Shown here: positions 39,611 to 54,000 of the stretch, piece after piece
How the letters are laid out: each line of letters starts with the position of its first letter
Numbering within the stretch: position 1 is the stretch's first letter
NCBI RefSeq assembly: GCF_009914755.1
Contig: NC_060929.1
Source of the DNA: the human T2T-CHM13v2.0 reference genome, Homo sapiens
Direction: 5' to 3' (one strand)
DNA: 64,000 nucleotides
Notes under the pieces: model-generated
The model's input: the letters and a program-made list of their open reading frames with translations, nothing else
Told to the model about the DNA's origin: nothing
Databases searched by the model: none
Program-made: the position numbers and the translations under genes

Positions 39611-40230
39611 CAGTAAGTCCTCACTTAATGTCATTGATAAGTTCTTGGAAACTGCAACTTTAATCAGAATTTAGTATAATGAAACCAATTTTACCATTGG
39701 CTAATTGATATAAATAAGAGTTAATTGCCTATGGCATATTTCTGGCCACAAAAACATCAAACTTTTAAGTAAAGACCAAAACACTTCTAATATTAAACAT
39801 TAAAGTAAATGTGAGCTATACAGACATTTAAGAAATCAAGACATGTAAGAAAATAAGATCAATATTCACCCAGTTATTCTAGTTTAGGGTTGTAGGTGGC
39901 AGAAACCTAATCTGTCAGCTCAGGGTGCAAGGTGGGAACCAGCCCTGGACAGGGCACCATTCCATCACAGGGTACACTCCCACCATCTCAGATTGGCACC
40001 ATTAAGACATGCCAATTAATCTAACATGTATATCTTTGGGACGTGGGAGGAAACTGCAGTGCCCACAGAAAACCCGCACAGATATGGGGAGAGCTTGCAA
40101 ACTCCACACAGTGACTGTGGTCAGGAATTGATTATTTTTCTCATCAGTGTTACAATGGAAATTGACTTTCTTTTCCTTGTCAATTTTATAACTGATATTG
40201 AATAAAACAATGTTATTCAAGGGCCTGTTG
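39611..40230. mobile_element. MER82-like TcMar-Tigger non-autonomous DNA transposon
   Basis: CAGTAAGTCCTCACTTAATGTC...AATGTTATTCAAGGGCCTGTTG imperfect TIRs; TA follows the right end. Confidence 0.8.
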
Positions 40231-40349
40231 TATTTCTAACAAGATGGAAACACCTGTAACCTAAAAACCAAAAATGATGTCATGTATTAACAGGCACTTA
40301 GTTTTTTTTTTTTTCCCACCATTAACGCTTTCGGATGCTATAACTCTTA

Positions 40350-41130
40350 TTTACTAGCATTAGCTAGGAGTCCTGCTACAAATTTGAATAATAGGGCAAA
40401 TAGCATCATTATGTTCTCCCTGATTTTAATGGAATGATTTTAAAGTTTCACCATCAAGTATTATATAATTGCTAATGTTTTCGATAAACTCCCTTTCTCT
40501 CAGGTTAAGGAAGTTTCCTTCTATTGCTAGGGTGGTGTTTTTTGGTTTTGTTTTTCATTTCTGACTAAATGTTGAATTTCACTGAGAGTTATATTTTTTG
40601 CAGCTTTTAAGATGAGCATGTTTTTTCTTTTAATCTTTTATTTCGGTATATTGAATAGTTTTTCACCCAATTTTGACCATTCTTGAATTCCTGAAAGTAA
40701 TCTTACTTGGTCAAAATGTATTATTATTTTAATTCATTGATGGATTCTGTTGGCTAATATTTTATTTAGAATTTTAGCATCTATGTTTATAAATAGTTTG
40801 GTTCATATTTTTCTCATATTCTCCTTGTCTAGTTTTATATTTCCTTGTCTAGTTAATATATCAAAGTTATATTACTCTTATAGAATTATTTTGAGGAGCT
40901 GTTTTTTCTTTTCTGTTTTCTGGACTACAGTTTATAGGTTATAAAGATTATTTCTTAAAAGATTGGTAAAATTTGGCAGTTACAGCATTTATGCTTATAT
41001 CCCCCCTCCAAATTGCTTTGGAGAAGGTATCTGAGTTCTGTTTCAATTTTAAAAATCGTTTTATTCGTATTTTCTAACTTTAGGTTAATTTTAATTTATA
41101 ATTTTGTCCACCTCATCTCAAGTTTCAATT
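40350..41130 (-). mobile_element. Old L1M ORF2 fragment
   Basis: TTAAGGAAGTTTCCTTCTATT and TTGGCTAATATTTTATTTAGAATTTTAGCATCTATG. Confidence 0.7.
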
Positions 41131-41430
41131 TATGAATAACAAATAAAAAGGTCAGCAAAGACTAGAGACCCACGAATGTAGAATTATTACTGTGTCAAAT
41201 GCTGGTATTTCACCATAAAGTGTAGCAAATAGCAAAGGATAGACAAAGAAATGCAACTTCGTTATGGAGGTTATAATTCCAGTGCTTGGTATTATAAAAA
41301 ATTTCAACCTAATCTGTTATAAATATGTTTCTCCATAGGGACTCATCTTTCGTTCCTAAGTATTTTAAAGAATGTTATTGAGAAGTAAGATTTTCAAAAA
41401 CAACACTTTTGAGATAGCTGTTTTGCATAA

Positions 41431-41960
41431 AGTAGCATTTCTCAAAATGTGCTTCATGCCGCTGGTGTCTGTGAGACCTTTTCAAAGAATGCGGTCAAAA
41501 CTGTTTTCTTGGTAATATTAAGATGTTGTTTGCCTTTTTCACTGTATTGACATTTGCACAAATAATACAAAAGCAATAGTGGGTAAAACTGCGGGTCCCT
41601 TAGCAAAATCAAGGCAATGGTGACAATCTATACTAGGAGTCCTTTTATTCTTTACCACCATATAGATGCAAAAAACCTGTTTATCGAAGCAGTAAATAAT
41701 ATTGTATTAAATCTTTTCTTTTAAGTACATCTTTTTAAAAATATTCTTTGTGGGAAAAAATGAGAAGAACCCATAGAGCACTTGTGCAGTCTACTGATGG
41801 CTGATGATGATCTTGAGGAAAAACCCATGTTCAGTTGTTTTAGTTGAGAGTTGAAGTCAGTACCTTTTCGTGGCACATTATTTTTTACTTGAATGATTGG
41901 CAAACTGTATATTCAGACATGGATATTTGGCAGTATTGTAAGTGATAAATTTGAACTTTA
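41431..41960. mobile_element. Charlie1-type hAT DNA transposon fragment
   Basis: GTCAAAACTGTTTTC..TTTGCCTTTTTCACTGTATTGACATTTGCAC..GGGTAAAACTGC..AATCAAGGC. Confidence 0.75.
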
Positions 41961-42149
41961 TACAAAGATTACATCCTAGAAACATTGAATTAGAATCTCT
42001 TAGATTGTGGCCCACTGACTTGCATTTAAGTAAATTCAAGGTGTTCCTTATACTATATATTTGAGGAGGTGACATTGAACCAAGATCTAAATGATGAGAA
42101 AGGAGCCAACCATGCAGAGACCCAGGAGAGGTGAGGAGGTCTAGAAAAA

Positions 42150-42420
42150 GGTTATCCAGTAGAAATACAACACAAGCCTTACCTATAAAGCCACATAAAC
42201 AAGTTCAAAGAAACAGGTTAAATTAATTTTATAATACATTTTCCTTAACTCGGTATATTAAAAGTATTATTTCAACATGTACTTAAAAATATTGAGATAT
42301 TTTACATTCTTTTTTTCTACGAAGACTTCAAAATCTGGACATCTCAATTTAGATAACTCACATTTCAAGCACTCAATAAACATGTCTGGCTAGTAGCTAC
42401 TGTATAGAATAGCTCAGATC
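42150..42420. mobile_element. MER33-like hAT element
   Basis: GAAACAGGTTAAATTAATTTT..GAGATATTTTACATTC..CACATTTCAAGCACTCAATA..GGCTAGTAGCTAC. Confidence 0.7.
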
Positions 42421-42893
42421 TATGAAGAGTGAACAGCCAGTACAAAGGCCCTGAAGGAGATTCATAGAGAGATGTGCATTGGCATTTGGAAATTGAAAAT
42501 ACTGGTTTAGAGCTTTGGAACAAGACCAAAACTAGATCTATAGATGTAAAAATCATTGATACGAAAGCATTGTCACACAGAGTGAATACAGTTTTCAGTG
42601 TTTAAATGAAGACTTAAAACAATCTCCTACAGGGTTTTTTTCCTACTACATAGTTGTACCCCAAGAAGGCATGGAAAAATTTCAGGGAGAAGAGGGCAGG
42701 TATTTCAGGGTTGGAGGGCACAGGCAGATGTAGAGTTTCTCCATACTTGATTCTGGTATGAATCCTCCCTGCAGTCCCTATCCTGGCTGAGGACCACTGG
42801 TTAAAAGGGAGATGAAGATAAAAGAGGCTAAGAAGGGTAAGAGAGGAAAGAAGAATACTAAAGAAGTTAAGTGTGTTCGTGCTTCAACAATGA

Positions 42894-43232
<339 letters not shown>

Positions 43233-44258
43233 TAAATGATTTTTGGTGGTCATTGAGGTCATAGTTAAAATGGAGTGGTCAACTGGGCTAAGATGCATTC
43301 TGAAGATGGGTCAGTAGAGACAGAACTGCAGCCTGTCTACTTGAAGGTCTGAACTAGAGGGGCTTGCTGTGCCCTCTGAGCCAGAGTTCTTTAAGTCCTA
43401 CCTTTAAAGTTGATTACTGTCTGTCCATGTTCCCTCTCTTATAGTTGCATTTTACTTAACTGTTAATAGTATGCATGTCTCCGTGTTCACCCTGACCATA
43501 CTGTAGATTCCCTCGGGTAATTTTTTTTAAATGTCCATTTCTACCTGCATCCCCATCTCAGAATCAGTAAAAATTTCTAGGAGTGGGTCCTAGGCATCAC
43601 TGTTCTTTTAAAGCTTCCCAAGTGATTCTATGTGCTACAGTTGAAAAACTGTTGATCTGTAGCATAGTGAGCACCTCTGAGACAGAAAGAAAGTTTTACT
43701 CATTTTCATGTTCCCAGAGTTTGACTCATTGTCTGGCACATAGGTAGCTTTCAATAAGTGTTGGACGAATGAGAACTGAATGAACAAATGAGGAAATGTG
43801 GCCAGGGAACTAGGCAGGCCCATGTGGGTAGCCTGATAAATTAATGTTGCCTTTCTTTGTAATGGATAATTACCAGACAAGTTATTTAACACCCTGTACC
43901 TATTTTGGAATTGTTATGTATTAGTGTGAAACTATTATCCCAAATTGGCTTAAAGTATTGACATAAAATCTCAGGTGCAAAAATAGATTACAAATTTGGT
44001 GGGGCTGTTCTCTGAGTCTTGCTTGATTATATACAAGATGTAGTATATAGTTAACTGTTCCAATAAGTACAATATAGTGGAGACTTTGTCGCTTTCAGGA
44101 TAAAGGAATTTTGCCATCAATTTAAGGTAGGCACTTCCAATTTTCACAGAATTAACAACTCAGTAAATCCTATTTTTAAAATTTAATGGTATGACTATTC
44201 AAAACATGCTACTTATAAGAATATTTAGTTCTTTGTCATGACTCTTTAAAACCACTGT

Positions 44259-44586
44259 AGGCCAGATGCAGTGGTTCACGCCTGTAATCTCAGGACTTTA
44301 GGAGGCTGAGGCAGGGGGATTGCTTGGAAAGCCAGGAATTTGATACTAGCCTGTGCTACCAAGCAAGACCCTGTCTCTACAGAAAGTAAAAAAAATAAAA
44401 TAAAAAATAAAAAATATTAGCCAAGTGTGGTGGTGCACTCCTATAGTCCCTGGTACTCAGGAGACTGAGGCAAGAGGATTGCTTGAGCCCAGGAGTTCGA
44501 GGCTATAGTGAGCTATGATTGTGCCACGGTACCCCAGCCTGGGTGACAAGAGTGAGACCCTGTCTAAAAACAAACAAACAAAAAAA
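44259..44586 (+). mobile_element. AluJ
   Basis: GGATTGCTTGAGCCCAGGAGTTCGAGGCTATAGTGAGCTATGAT; TSD-like AAAACCACTGTAG / AAAACTACTGCAG. Confidence 0.92.
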
Positions 44587-44918
44587 CTACTGCAGTAACT
44601 TATTGAATTGACTCTACAGATTGTGTTTACCACTTTTAGTGAGAGACAAATGAAAAGCAGTAGATACAAAACTTTGTGCACAAAGAAAATAAGCTGGTAG
44701 TCATTAACATAATGTATCATCATAATTAATTGGGATTTTCAATCTCAGATGTAATGTATAGAGTGCCCCAAACCTAAGACCTGATAACTGGTAGGTACCT
44801 TAATAAATGATAGTTCCCTGCTTTACTGTCCACTTGTAGCTAATGCCATGTTAAGGATTTAGAAAGTCCAGTTTATCTGACAGTTTAACATTCTAAAAAT
44901 GCACTAATGTTTCCGCAG

Positions 44919-45053
44919 ATGAAAAGAAGCAAAGAATTGATAACTAAAAATCATAGTCAAGAGGAAACAAGTATTCTTCGTTGTTGGAAATGTAGAAAAT
45001 GTATAGCAAGCTCTGGTTGTTTTATGGAGTATCTTGAGAATCAAGTGATTAAG
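44919..45053 (+). CDS. RNF180: RNF180 exon 2, first coding exon (aa 1-45)
   Basis: Acceptor TTCCGCAG|ATG and donor AAG|GTGAGT; 135 nt encoding [45 protein letters not shown]. Confidence 0.95.
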
Positions 45054-45824
45054 GTGAGTATTGGTAACTCCAGTCTTCAGTTTCCTGGTAGAGGAGTGCT
45101 GTGGGCCTATCCACACACATGCACACTTATTCTTCTCTACCTTATTAAGAATATTTATAGTTCTTTGTCATGACTCTTTGTCTCTCACCTTATTTCACCT
45201 GACCCACTGAAAACATTCTAAAATGGTATTCAAAAAGCATCCCCTTCCAAGGTTAAAATTAATTTTGCCTTTAATTACGAATGTTAATATGACCTTAATG
45301 TTTTAAGTGCAATGTTATAGGCATAAGCTGAAGATAATAGTCAATGTTTTTTATTCCCACTATGAGTGAGCCTCAGTAATCACTGCACAATTAAATTCAG
45401 AATCCTAGTAAGAATTGGAAACTTGTTATATAGGTTTTTTTTGTATTCACTATGGGCCTAGAAAAGAAAGTTTATGTGTTAATATAAAAGTAACCCATAG
45501 GAAAACCTGAATAATATTCAAGTGTGTGTTTGGTCATCCTGATTAAAAAATGAGTGTTTTTAAACAACAAAAATAAAAATTTCTTCTCTAAGAGCAGTAT
45601 CAAAGAGGCATGAACTAGAAAGTAATTAATGGAGTTTGGCAGAAATTCTAAATTTAACAGACAGAGTGACTGTAATCACCTGTCATTGTTTTCTTCCGCT
45701 TCTTTGGGAGACATACTCAGCTTTTTGGTTTTCGTTTGTTTCGTTGTTTTACCTCAGTTAGATTTGATCATGATGGTTTCCCTTCCACTTTAACAAATTA
45801 GCTAGTCTAAACTGATAATAGTAG

Positions 45825-46094
<270 letters not shown>

Positions 46095-46139
46095 TGAAAT
46101 AACATTTTAATTAGGAAAATATCCAAAACTTTTTATGCT

Positions 46140-46868
46140 AAGAGTATTTTGGTGGATATAACTTATATGTAGTACAAAAATTAAATGTACAACTTGATAA
46201 GTTTTATCAGCCCTGCCATGAATCAGATCAAGATATGCATTTGCATCACCCCAGGAATTTTTGTCTTGCCCTTCTGCAGGCAGTGGTCTCCCTCTCACTG
46301 ATGTCTTTCACCATAGTCTAGGTTTGCTTGTTCTTTACATTCCTTCAAATGGAATAATACAGCATGCATTCTTTTGTGCCTGACTTATTTGTGTCAGCGT
46401 AGTGTTTTAGAGATTTATGTTTTGCATGTGTCAGTAGTGTGTTCCTTTTTTCTCCTGAGCTATGTGCCATTTATGAATATACCACAGTTTATCAATTTTT
46501 TTCTGCTGAAGGACATTGGCATTCGTTCCAGTTTTAAGTTATGAATAAAACTGCTATCAAAATTTTTATAAATTTTGTGGTCATGTTTTATTATTTCTGT
46601 TTAATATATGCATAGGAATGGATTTTTGGGGTCATGGGGGTAGGTATAGTTTAATTTCTTAAGAAATTGTTAGTAGTTTTTCAAAGTTTATGTTCACTTT
46701 CGGTAGCAACATATGAGAATTCCAGTTACATCTTTGCCAATACTTAGTATTTTCCGTCTTTATAATTTTAGCCATTCTGATGGACGTATAGTGGTATATC
46801 ATTATAGCTTTAATTTTCATTTCCTTGGTGACTAATGATGTAGCGTACTTTTTTATGTACTTGCTGGT
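46140..46868 (-). mobile_element. Old L1M 3' fragment
   Basis: AATGGAATAATACAG..TTTAGCCATTCTGATGG..TTTCCTTGGTGACTAATGATG. Confidence 0.7.
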
Positions 46869-46869
46869 T

Positions 46870-47090
46870 AGGAACTGTTTTAAATGCTTTAAAAATATTA
46901 TTCATTCCTTACAGTAACTCTTTGAGGAAGATAACCTATCATCTCCATTTGCTAGATAAGGAAACTGAGGCACAGAAGATTAGGTAATTTTCCCAAGTTC
47001 ACACTGCTACTAAGAAGTGCAGCTGCAATTGGACTGGGCAATGAGGCTCCAGAGCCAGTGCTCATAACCTCCACACTCTCTGCTGCCTTT
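46870..47090 (-). mobile_element. MIR SINE
   Basis: AGATAAGGAAACTGAGGCACAGA..CCCAAGTTCACAC..CTCCAGAGCC. Confidence 0.8.
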
Positions 47091-49830
47091 GCTCTTCCTT
47101 CAGGATATCATATGATGTCACTTCTTCTCACTGGAGTGGCTGATCCTTTTATTTACCTGGAGAACTCCCACTTACTCATTCATTAAAACATATTTAATGA
47201 CCTAGAACAATTCTAGCACTGCTGTAGGATGTATTGGGATGGATAGTGGAAGAGTGATACAGAGTTGAAAAAATATACTCTGGTCCTTAGGATCTCTAAA
47301 GTCTTGTTGAAAATAGGCCAACCAGTGTAGCCTGATCTGAGGAGTACTCTAACAGAGGAATGCAAACAAAATTCTGCCTGGGCTGGTCACAGGAGACTTT
47401 GCAGAAAAGATAATATGTGAACATATATATGTTTGTGTCTTACAGATTTTAAAGTATAATTTGTAGACCATAAAATTCACCCATTGTTAGATAATAACTT
47501 AATGATTTTTAGTTGTGTAACCACCACTACATTGCAATTTTGAGCTATTTTCATTACCCCATAAAGTTTCCTCAGGCCTATTTGTCCTGCTCCCATCCCC
47601 AGGCAACATACCAATCTTATTTCTGTCTCTGTAGATTTATATGTAAAATAAAATGTATAAACATAATAAAAGATGTAAACCATTGAAAATACCTTATAAA
47701 GTAAAAATATATTCATTTATATAAAATTGCATCTGTAATTGAAAATACATAAAAATTATGTACTAAATATATATAAAATACACACAAATTATTTTAAAAT
47801 GAAGGGATAATTCAATATCATGGTTAAGTCTTAGCAGAAGGAGTAATATGAAGCAGTGACTCTGAGGGGGGCTTCTAAAGTAATGTTAATGTTAAATTGC
47901 TTAATCTTGGTAGTGGGCATATTGGTATTTTCTTTTCTTTAAATTCCCTTTATAAAACATATTTTATATTTTATAAATCTGTATACATTATCAAAATATT
48001 AAAAATGAACATGAAAGGATCCTTTAAAGGAAACTGCAAAAGAAATTATTAGAACCCCAAAGTAATTTTATCAGTACTGTGCTGAAAGGTTGCTAAATTT
48101 ATCACCTATTAAAGTAACTGTACAGTTAAAAATAAGCCATATATATAATAAGTGTTTATGAACTTTCTGTAAATGAAATTACACTGTGATTATTCTGGAA
48201 ATTGCTGTTTTTACTCAGTATCACCATGTCGAGTGTAGATTTAGTTCATTTTCACTTCTGGATAGTATTCCAGAATATACTCTGGTCCTTAGGATCTCTA
48301 AAGTCTTGTTGAAATTCTTGTTGAAAGATCTCTAAAGTCTTTGTTGATAGTCATTTGGGTTACATCTATTTGTCTTGCTCTTATAATCAGTGCTACTGTG
48401 AACTTTCTTATGCATATCTTTGCACACATTGGCATTAGTATTACTAGAAATGGAGTTCCAGCATCATAGGGTATGTGCATGTTCAACTTTACTGGGCAAT
48501 GCTGTTTTCAAATGACAGTCTCACCAACAATAGTTCAGCATTGCTGTAATTTCACGTCTTCACCAACATTTAACATCTCATTCTCAGAGGTCAATTGTGT
48601 TTTCTGCAAAATGTCTTTTTTTCTTGCCTATTTTTCTATTAGGATGTTTTGTTTTTGATACTTGGAGATTCTGTGTTCTAAATACCAACCTTTTTTTGGT
48701 TATTGTATTGCAACTATTTTTTTCCCAGTTTATGTAACTTATATTTCATTCTTGTGGTGTCTTTGTTGAAAAGAAATTCATAATTTGATGAATGTATTAG
48801 TTCTGTCCTTTATGTGTTGTACTGTTTAAGAAAATCTATATTGTGAGGGGAAATGTTTTTTCCTCTCCTTCTACTGAATACCAAAGTTAGGCAAGTTTCC
48901 TTGTGTGCCCTCTGAGAAACAGGTTTCTCATTTACCCTCATACTGAGGTTATAATCAGCTTTATGTAGGGAGTTTCTCCTTAGGTTCTTTCCATCCTGAG
49001 GGTGCCCTGGGCTGTATCTCCTGTCTTCCGCATGCAGACATGAAATGGCTCTCAGAACAACATAGAGAATAAGGAAACTGGGGAAACAACATCAATAGCT
49101 GTTGACTCCAGGACCAATTGCCTTCTTTAGCCCTGACCATTGCCAGGAAATGGAAGTCTCACATTCTTTGTCTCAGCCCTCCCAAAGCTAGGAACTGGAC
49201 ACTAGAATTGCTGTGATGTTTGCTGCAGAATAATCATGTACCTCCAAAACCAAATTTGCCACAAGAAACAGTACAAATGCAGCCATCAGTTCTGCTTTTG
49301 TAATGTTGTGTGGGTGTATCAGGTTTGTCAAAGTTAGCTTGGTGTGGAATTTGAATTGTAAGGGAAACTGGGATATTTGAGCTTTAGTTATCCAGCCACT
49401 GGCATGCTGTAAGACATGAGAAAGGCAATTTAGAATGGAGTTTTCAGACAATCTACAACGTCCACAAGGAGAAAGGGGGACTTCGACCTTGCATCCAGAC
49501 CTGAGATAGATGAAATGTGGGCAAAAACCAAAAACAAAATAACAGCAACAAAGACCCTAAAGATGTAGAAATAAAATAACAGAAATGGTCTCCATTTGTG
49601 CAATCTGTGTTAGGGAGTGGCGTCCTTAGTTTTAGTTAGTTTTGTTATGGTTTTGGACATGTGAAGTTTATGTGGCCTGTAGAATATTCAAATATTTTAG
49701 GAGGCTGCTCGGTTCTATGGATGTGGGATTCAGAAGAGAGATCTGAACTAAAACTGTGGATCATCAGCATATAAGTTTTAGGTGAAGCTGTGAGAGTAGA
49801 TGAGATTACCATGCAGTGTATGAATGGAGT

Positions 49831-50049
49831 GAGAGTTAAGTAGTTCCTATCATACAGGAACATTTATAGGATAGACAGAAAAAGAGAAGCTCTCACAAAG
49901 GAGAAAAAAAAAGAGTGAAAAAAATAGAACCGAAAATAGGAGAGAGCAGTAGTTACTATCATATAGGAACACTTACAGGATAGACAGAAAAAGAGAAGCT
50001 CCACAAAGGAGAAGAAAAAGAGTGAAAAAATAGAACCGAAAATTAGGAT
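49831..50049. repeat. ~110-bp tandem duplication inside an L2-like remnant
   Basis: Two copies of GTAGTT.CTATCATA.AGGAACA.TTA.AGGATAGACAGAAAAAGAGAAGCTC..AATAGAACCGAAAAT. Confidence 0.92.
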
Positions 50050-50733
50050 ACAATATTATGGAAGTCAAGGGACGAACATTCTCTAGGAAAAAAAAAGTGT
50101 TGATGATTCGTGTTAAATGTTAAATGAGATCTAGAAGATCAGACATTTCCTTCAGTGTGCAGATTGTATACTGCACAATTCTAGAGGGAGCTAGTTTGTG
50201 AAAGGTTTGCCCTGGATTTGTGCAGTTAGCATACAAACTATATATCCATATGTAAAGACCCTAAATGAGAGTTAAAAGTGTCCATTGGTTTTAAAAGAAA
50301 TCGTTGGTCAACATTCATTGTAGTTATGAGACTTTTAGGGGCAGTTACCAAATTCTACTGGGTTCAGATAATTGGGAGCTGAGGGATGGTCAAACACTTA
50401 CAATAAAACACTTTAATTATTAGGTTATGACTTCTTCCATCACCAGGCTATGAAGTATTTCATCTGTATAACACCATTGCCAATGCAGTGGCTGACATGA
50501 ATAGGACTGATGAATGTTGAATTGATTATTAGAGTATATACCTCCTCCCTCATGTTTTTTGGTTAGATAATTTGCTTATTTTCTCTCTGGCTTTATTATT
50601 CTGGTGGTATTTTTCCTTCAATGGCTGTAATACTGAAATAAATATTTTTATGCTTATTACATTTTTAATACTTTGTGTTCGCTCTTCTTAGTGATACCGT
50701 ATATTTGTTCCATACTAGTCTTAGCACATGCTA

Positions 50734-51087
50734 TGCTATGGACTGAATTGTATGCCCTCCAAGTGCATATTTTAAAGGTGCAGTGTGACTATATCTGGAG
50801 ATAGGGTCTTTAGGAGTTAATGAAGGTTAAATGAGAGCATAAAGATGGGGCCTTAATCCAATAGGACTGTGGCTCTATAAAAGGAAGAAAAGAGAAAGAG
50901 ATCCTGTGAGGACACAGTGAGTAAGCAGCCACCTGCAGGCTAGAAAGAGAGCCCTCGCCAGAGCCAGAACATGCTGGCACCCTGATCTCAAACCTTCAGC
51001 CTCTAGAACTGAGAGAAAATAAGTTGCTATTGTTTAAGTCATTCAGTCTCTGGTATTTTGTGATGGCATCCCAAGCAGACTAAGACC
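50734..51087 (+). mobile_element. MLT1A-type solo LTR
   Basis: TGCTATGGACTGAATTG...CCTTAATCCAATAGGACTG...CCCAAGCAGACTAAGAC. Confidence 0.85.
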
Positions 51088-54000
51088 ACACACGTCCTGT
51101 AATAGGAACTGGAAACTCAAAGATGAGCAGAAGAGAAATGGTATGTCCTTATGAAGTTTTCAGGATTTATCATTTAATCTTCTATTAATATTATAACAAT
51201 TATAAATGTATTCTAATTATATTATAATCATATTAAAAGTTTGATATTTATAACTTAATAGTGAAATAATTTAATATTTATAATATTGACCAGTTATGTA
51301 AATATTAAATATTGATTACTCATATAGATATAAATTATTAGCTGTTTAAGTGGCAAAAAGGAAAAGTATAGGAAGCCATAAGAGTAGGATATAGATAGAA
51401 TGCTGGACCTAGCTGTAAGGCTTTTCTGAGGAAGTGACCTGTGTAGAGATATGATGGATAAGTGAGGACAGTACAGGTGGGAGAACATTCCAAGATTCAG
51501 GACCAGCGTGTTCAAAGGCCCTGTGGTGGATCTCCGGAACTAAAATAGATTGCCACTATTGGAGTTCAGAGATGAAGAGGGAGTTTGGCAAGATCTGAGA
51601 GTAGAAAGTTGGGTGTTGTTCAAATCATGTATGGTCTTGTAAGTCAAAGACTTTGATCTTTATCGTAGGAGCTGGCAAGTCAGTGGGAGGAAGTAACATG
51701 ACTTTTGAATTTTAAGATTATTTTGGTAATAGTGTGAAGAGTGAATTAGAAAGGTACCAAGAATTGAGGCAGGGAGCCTGTTTGTTTTTTAAGTGAGGCT
51801 TTCATTTTTTTCAATTCATTGTGACCTTTTGATTATAAAAAGTTTTTACCCTTAAAGTACCTTCTCAAAGTACAAATAGACAAACTAGGCAGTCCAATAG
51901 AATTGTGGTTCCTTTACATTTGTGACACTTTAGACAATTAATAATGTTAATTTAAATGACATTTTTGTTACATAGTCTTTTCCCTGTGGTGTTAGCTGCG
52001 GTAGTCAAATAATATAGTTGGCTCACATTTAAAGAATTAGCTGAAGGAATGTTATTGCTTACTTTGGAAATGCAAAGGGTTAAACATCTTCCAAAATATT
52101 ATGTAATAATATTATCAACTTTTTACATGTAACTTGTTACACTTAATTAAAAATATTAAAGATCACATAATGATAAAAAATAAGGCATCAAATTTGTAAT
52201 TTTAAAATTAAGTGATATTTTTCTGTTATAGAAACTGAGAATATTCCCAACACTTAAAGAAAAAATTAAAATAATACATTGGCTCCCTCTGCTGCTTGAA
52301 CAAATTATTTCATTTACAAACATAATGTTGTCAACATTTTTCTGACATTATTACATGAAATTGCTATTACTTTCTCCTCCTTTTCCTTCCTCCTTCCTCC
52401 GTGTGGGAGATTTGAGACAGAAAGAAAATCTGTTTAGTAATTTTTTTACAATCCTGGTAAAACAGTTCTAATTTTCAGTCAAATTTTTCCCGAGGAGATA
52501 ACTTGTTGTGCTAATACTTTGATGGCTTTAAATTCCTAAAATTGGGTTGCCTCCAGTTTCATCACTCATCTTAAAATATGTCCATCAAAACTTGTTTTAT
52601 CATTTATATATTTGTGTGATTTTAAAAAATTAACTGACTTAAAACTTAATAGTTGATACATCCTCTTTACTTGTAGAATTATATTGGAAATAAATATTAC
52701 AAATAAAAATGTATTTTTTCTAAGACTGTGTTGGTAAATACAGGTGAAAGTAGTTGGCAGTTTCATTTATAGTTGAGGTGTCTGTGTTTACCCTGGTCCA
52801 TGTGTAAAGTTTTCAGAAAACGAAACAATGCTATAAATTCAACCCAGCTTTTTATGCTTTCCTACCTGTATGAATTGCTATTCCTCTCTTTTTGGTTGTG
52901 AGGAGATGAAGGTATACTTTAAATTTTAGCTATTTAAAAGAAAAAAATATATGCTGTTTTATATTATTTTTTCTCAAATGAAGGAGGTTGGGTTGAGGGG
53001 TACAAAAGGAGAATCAGCTGTGGAATTTTTTCTAAACATACCTCTCCCTACATAAATTTATTTTAGTTAATTTAAAAATAAGATATGCTTCAGTTTTAGT
53101 TTTATAAGCGTTAGAGAAGAATAGCAGTATCATACCTTAAAGCATACACAGGCTAGAGATATAAGAAAGTTTATTGCCCTAAAAACTATAGTATTTTATA
53201 TGGCATAAGAGGCAATGTGGAAGCTTGGGATCGCTTGTTTCAGTGTTCTTATCTGTAAGACAGTAAAAACTCTTAAAACGGTGCCTGTGCATAGTGAGCA
53301 CAATATAAATATTTGTTATTTAGTGAAAATAAAAAGAATAAGTACATTGTAAAACTTTCTTCTACCTACAACTGTGACTCCAGTGTTTATTCTCATAGGA
53401 GTATTCATAAAGCATTTCCAAAATTTATAGTGGGTAGTGGTTTTTTCGTGTTATGATCAATGCTATGTGATTAAAAAATGATCAATTTATATGATTAAAT
53501 GAAATAATGAAATGTACATAGTAAAATAAGAAGTAGGACAGTGAAATATTAATACATTAATACAAATAATAGATGTACCTTTATGCAACACAGTCCCTGG
53601 CATATTAATAAGTATGTCTCTACATGCTTTGTGTGGTCAACACTGTGTTTAGTAATCACTAAATAAATATTGATAGGCTGAGTGCCATTAACTTACTTTG
53701 ACATTGATAATCTATTATTCTACCAGTGTAGAAATTTCCTCCCTCTCTCTGTCACTGCCACCCTTCTTTCCTTCCTCTGTATGTAGACATAATCCTGAAA
53801 AGTCAGAACAAAATTCTGGATCTGATAATGAAAAGATTACTTCATTTGTCAATTCTAGTTTGTATTCTCTGTAAGATTGTTTTAAAGAATTCATTAGAGT
53901 TATGCTAATCTTCATAATTGTCAGCTCCTAATGAAAAGAGCTAGTGTGTGTGAGTATGGATGTTTCACAAAATTAATTCTACTTTTTCAAAAACTGTATC

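Noticed and set aside
44907-44918. In-frame ATG 12 nt upstream of exon 2 (MFPQ)
   Set aside because: It lies in the branch point/acceptor region (CACTAAT..CCGCAG) and is removed by splicing.
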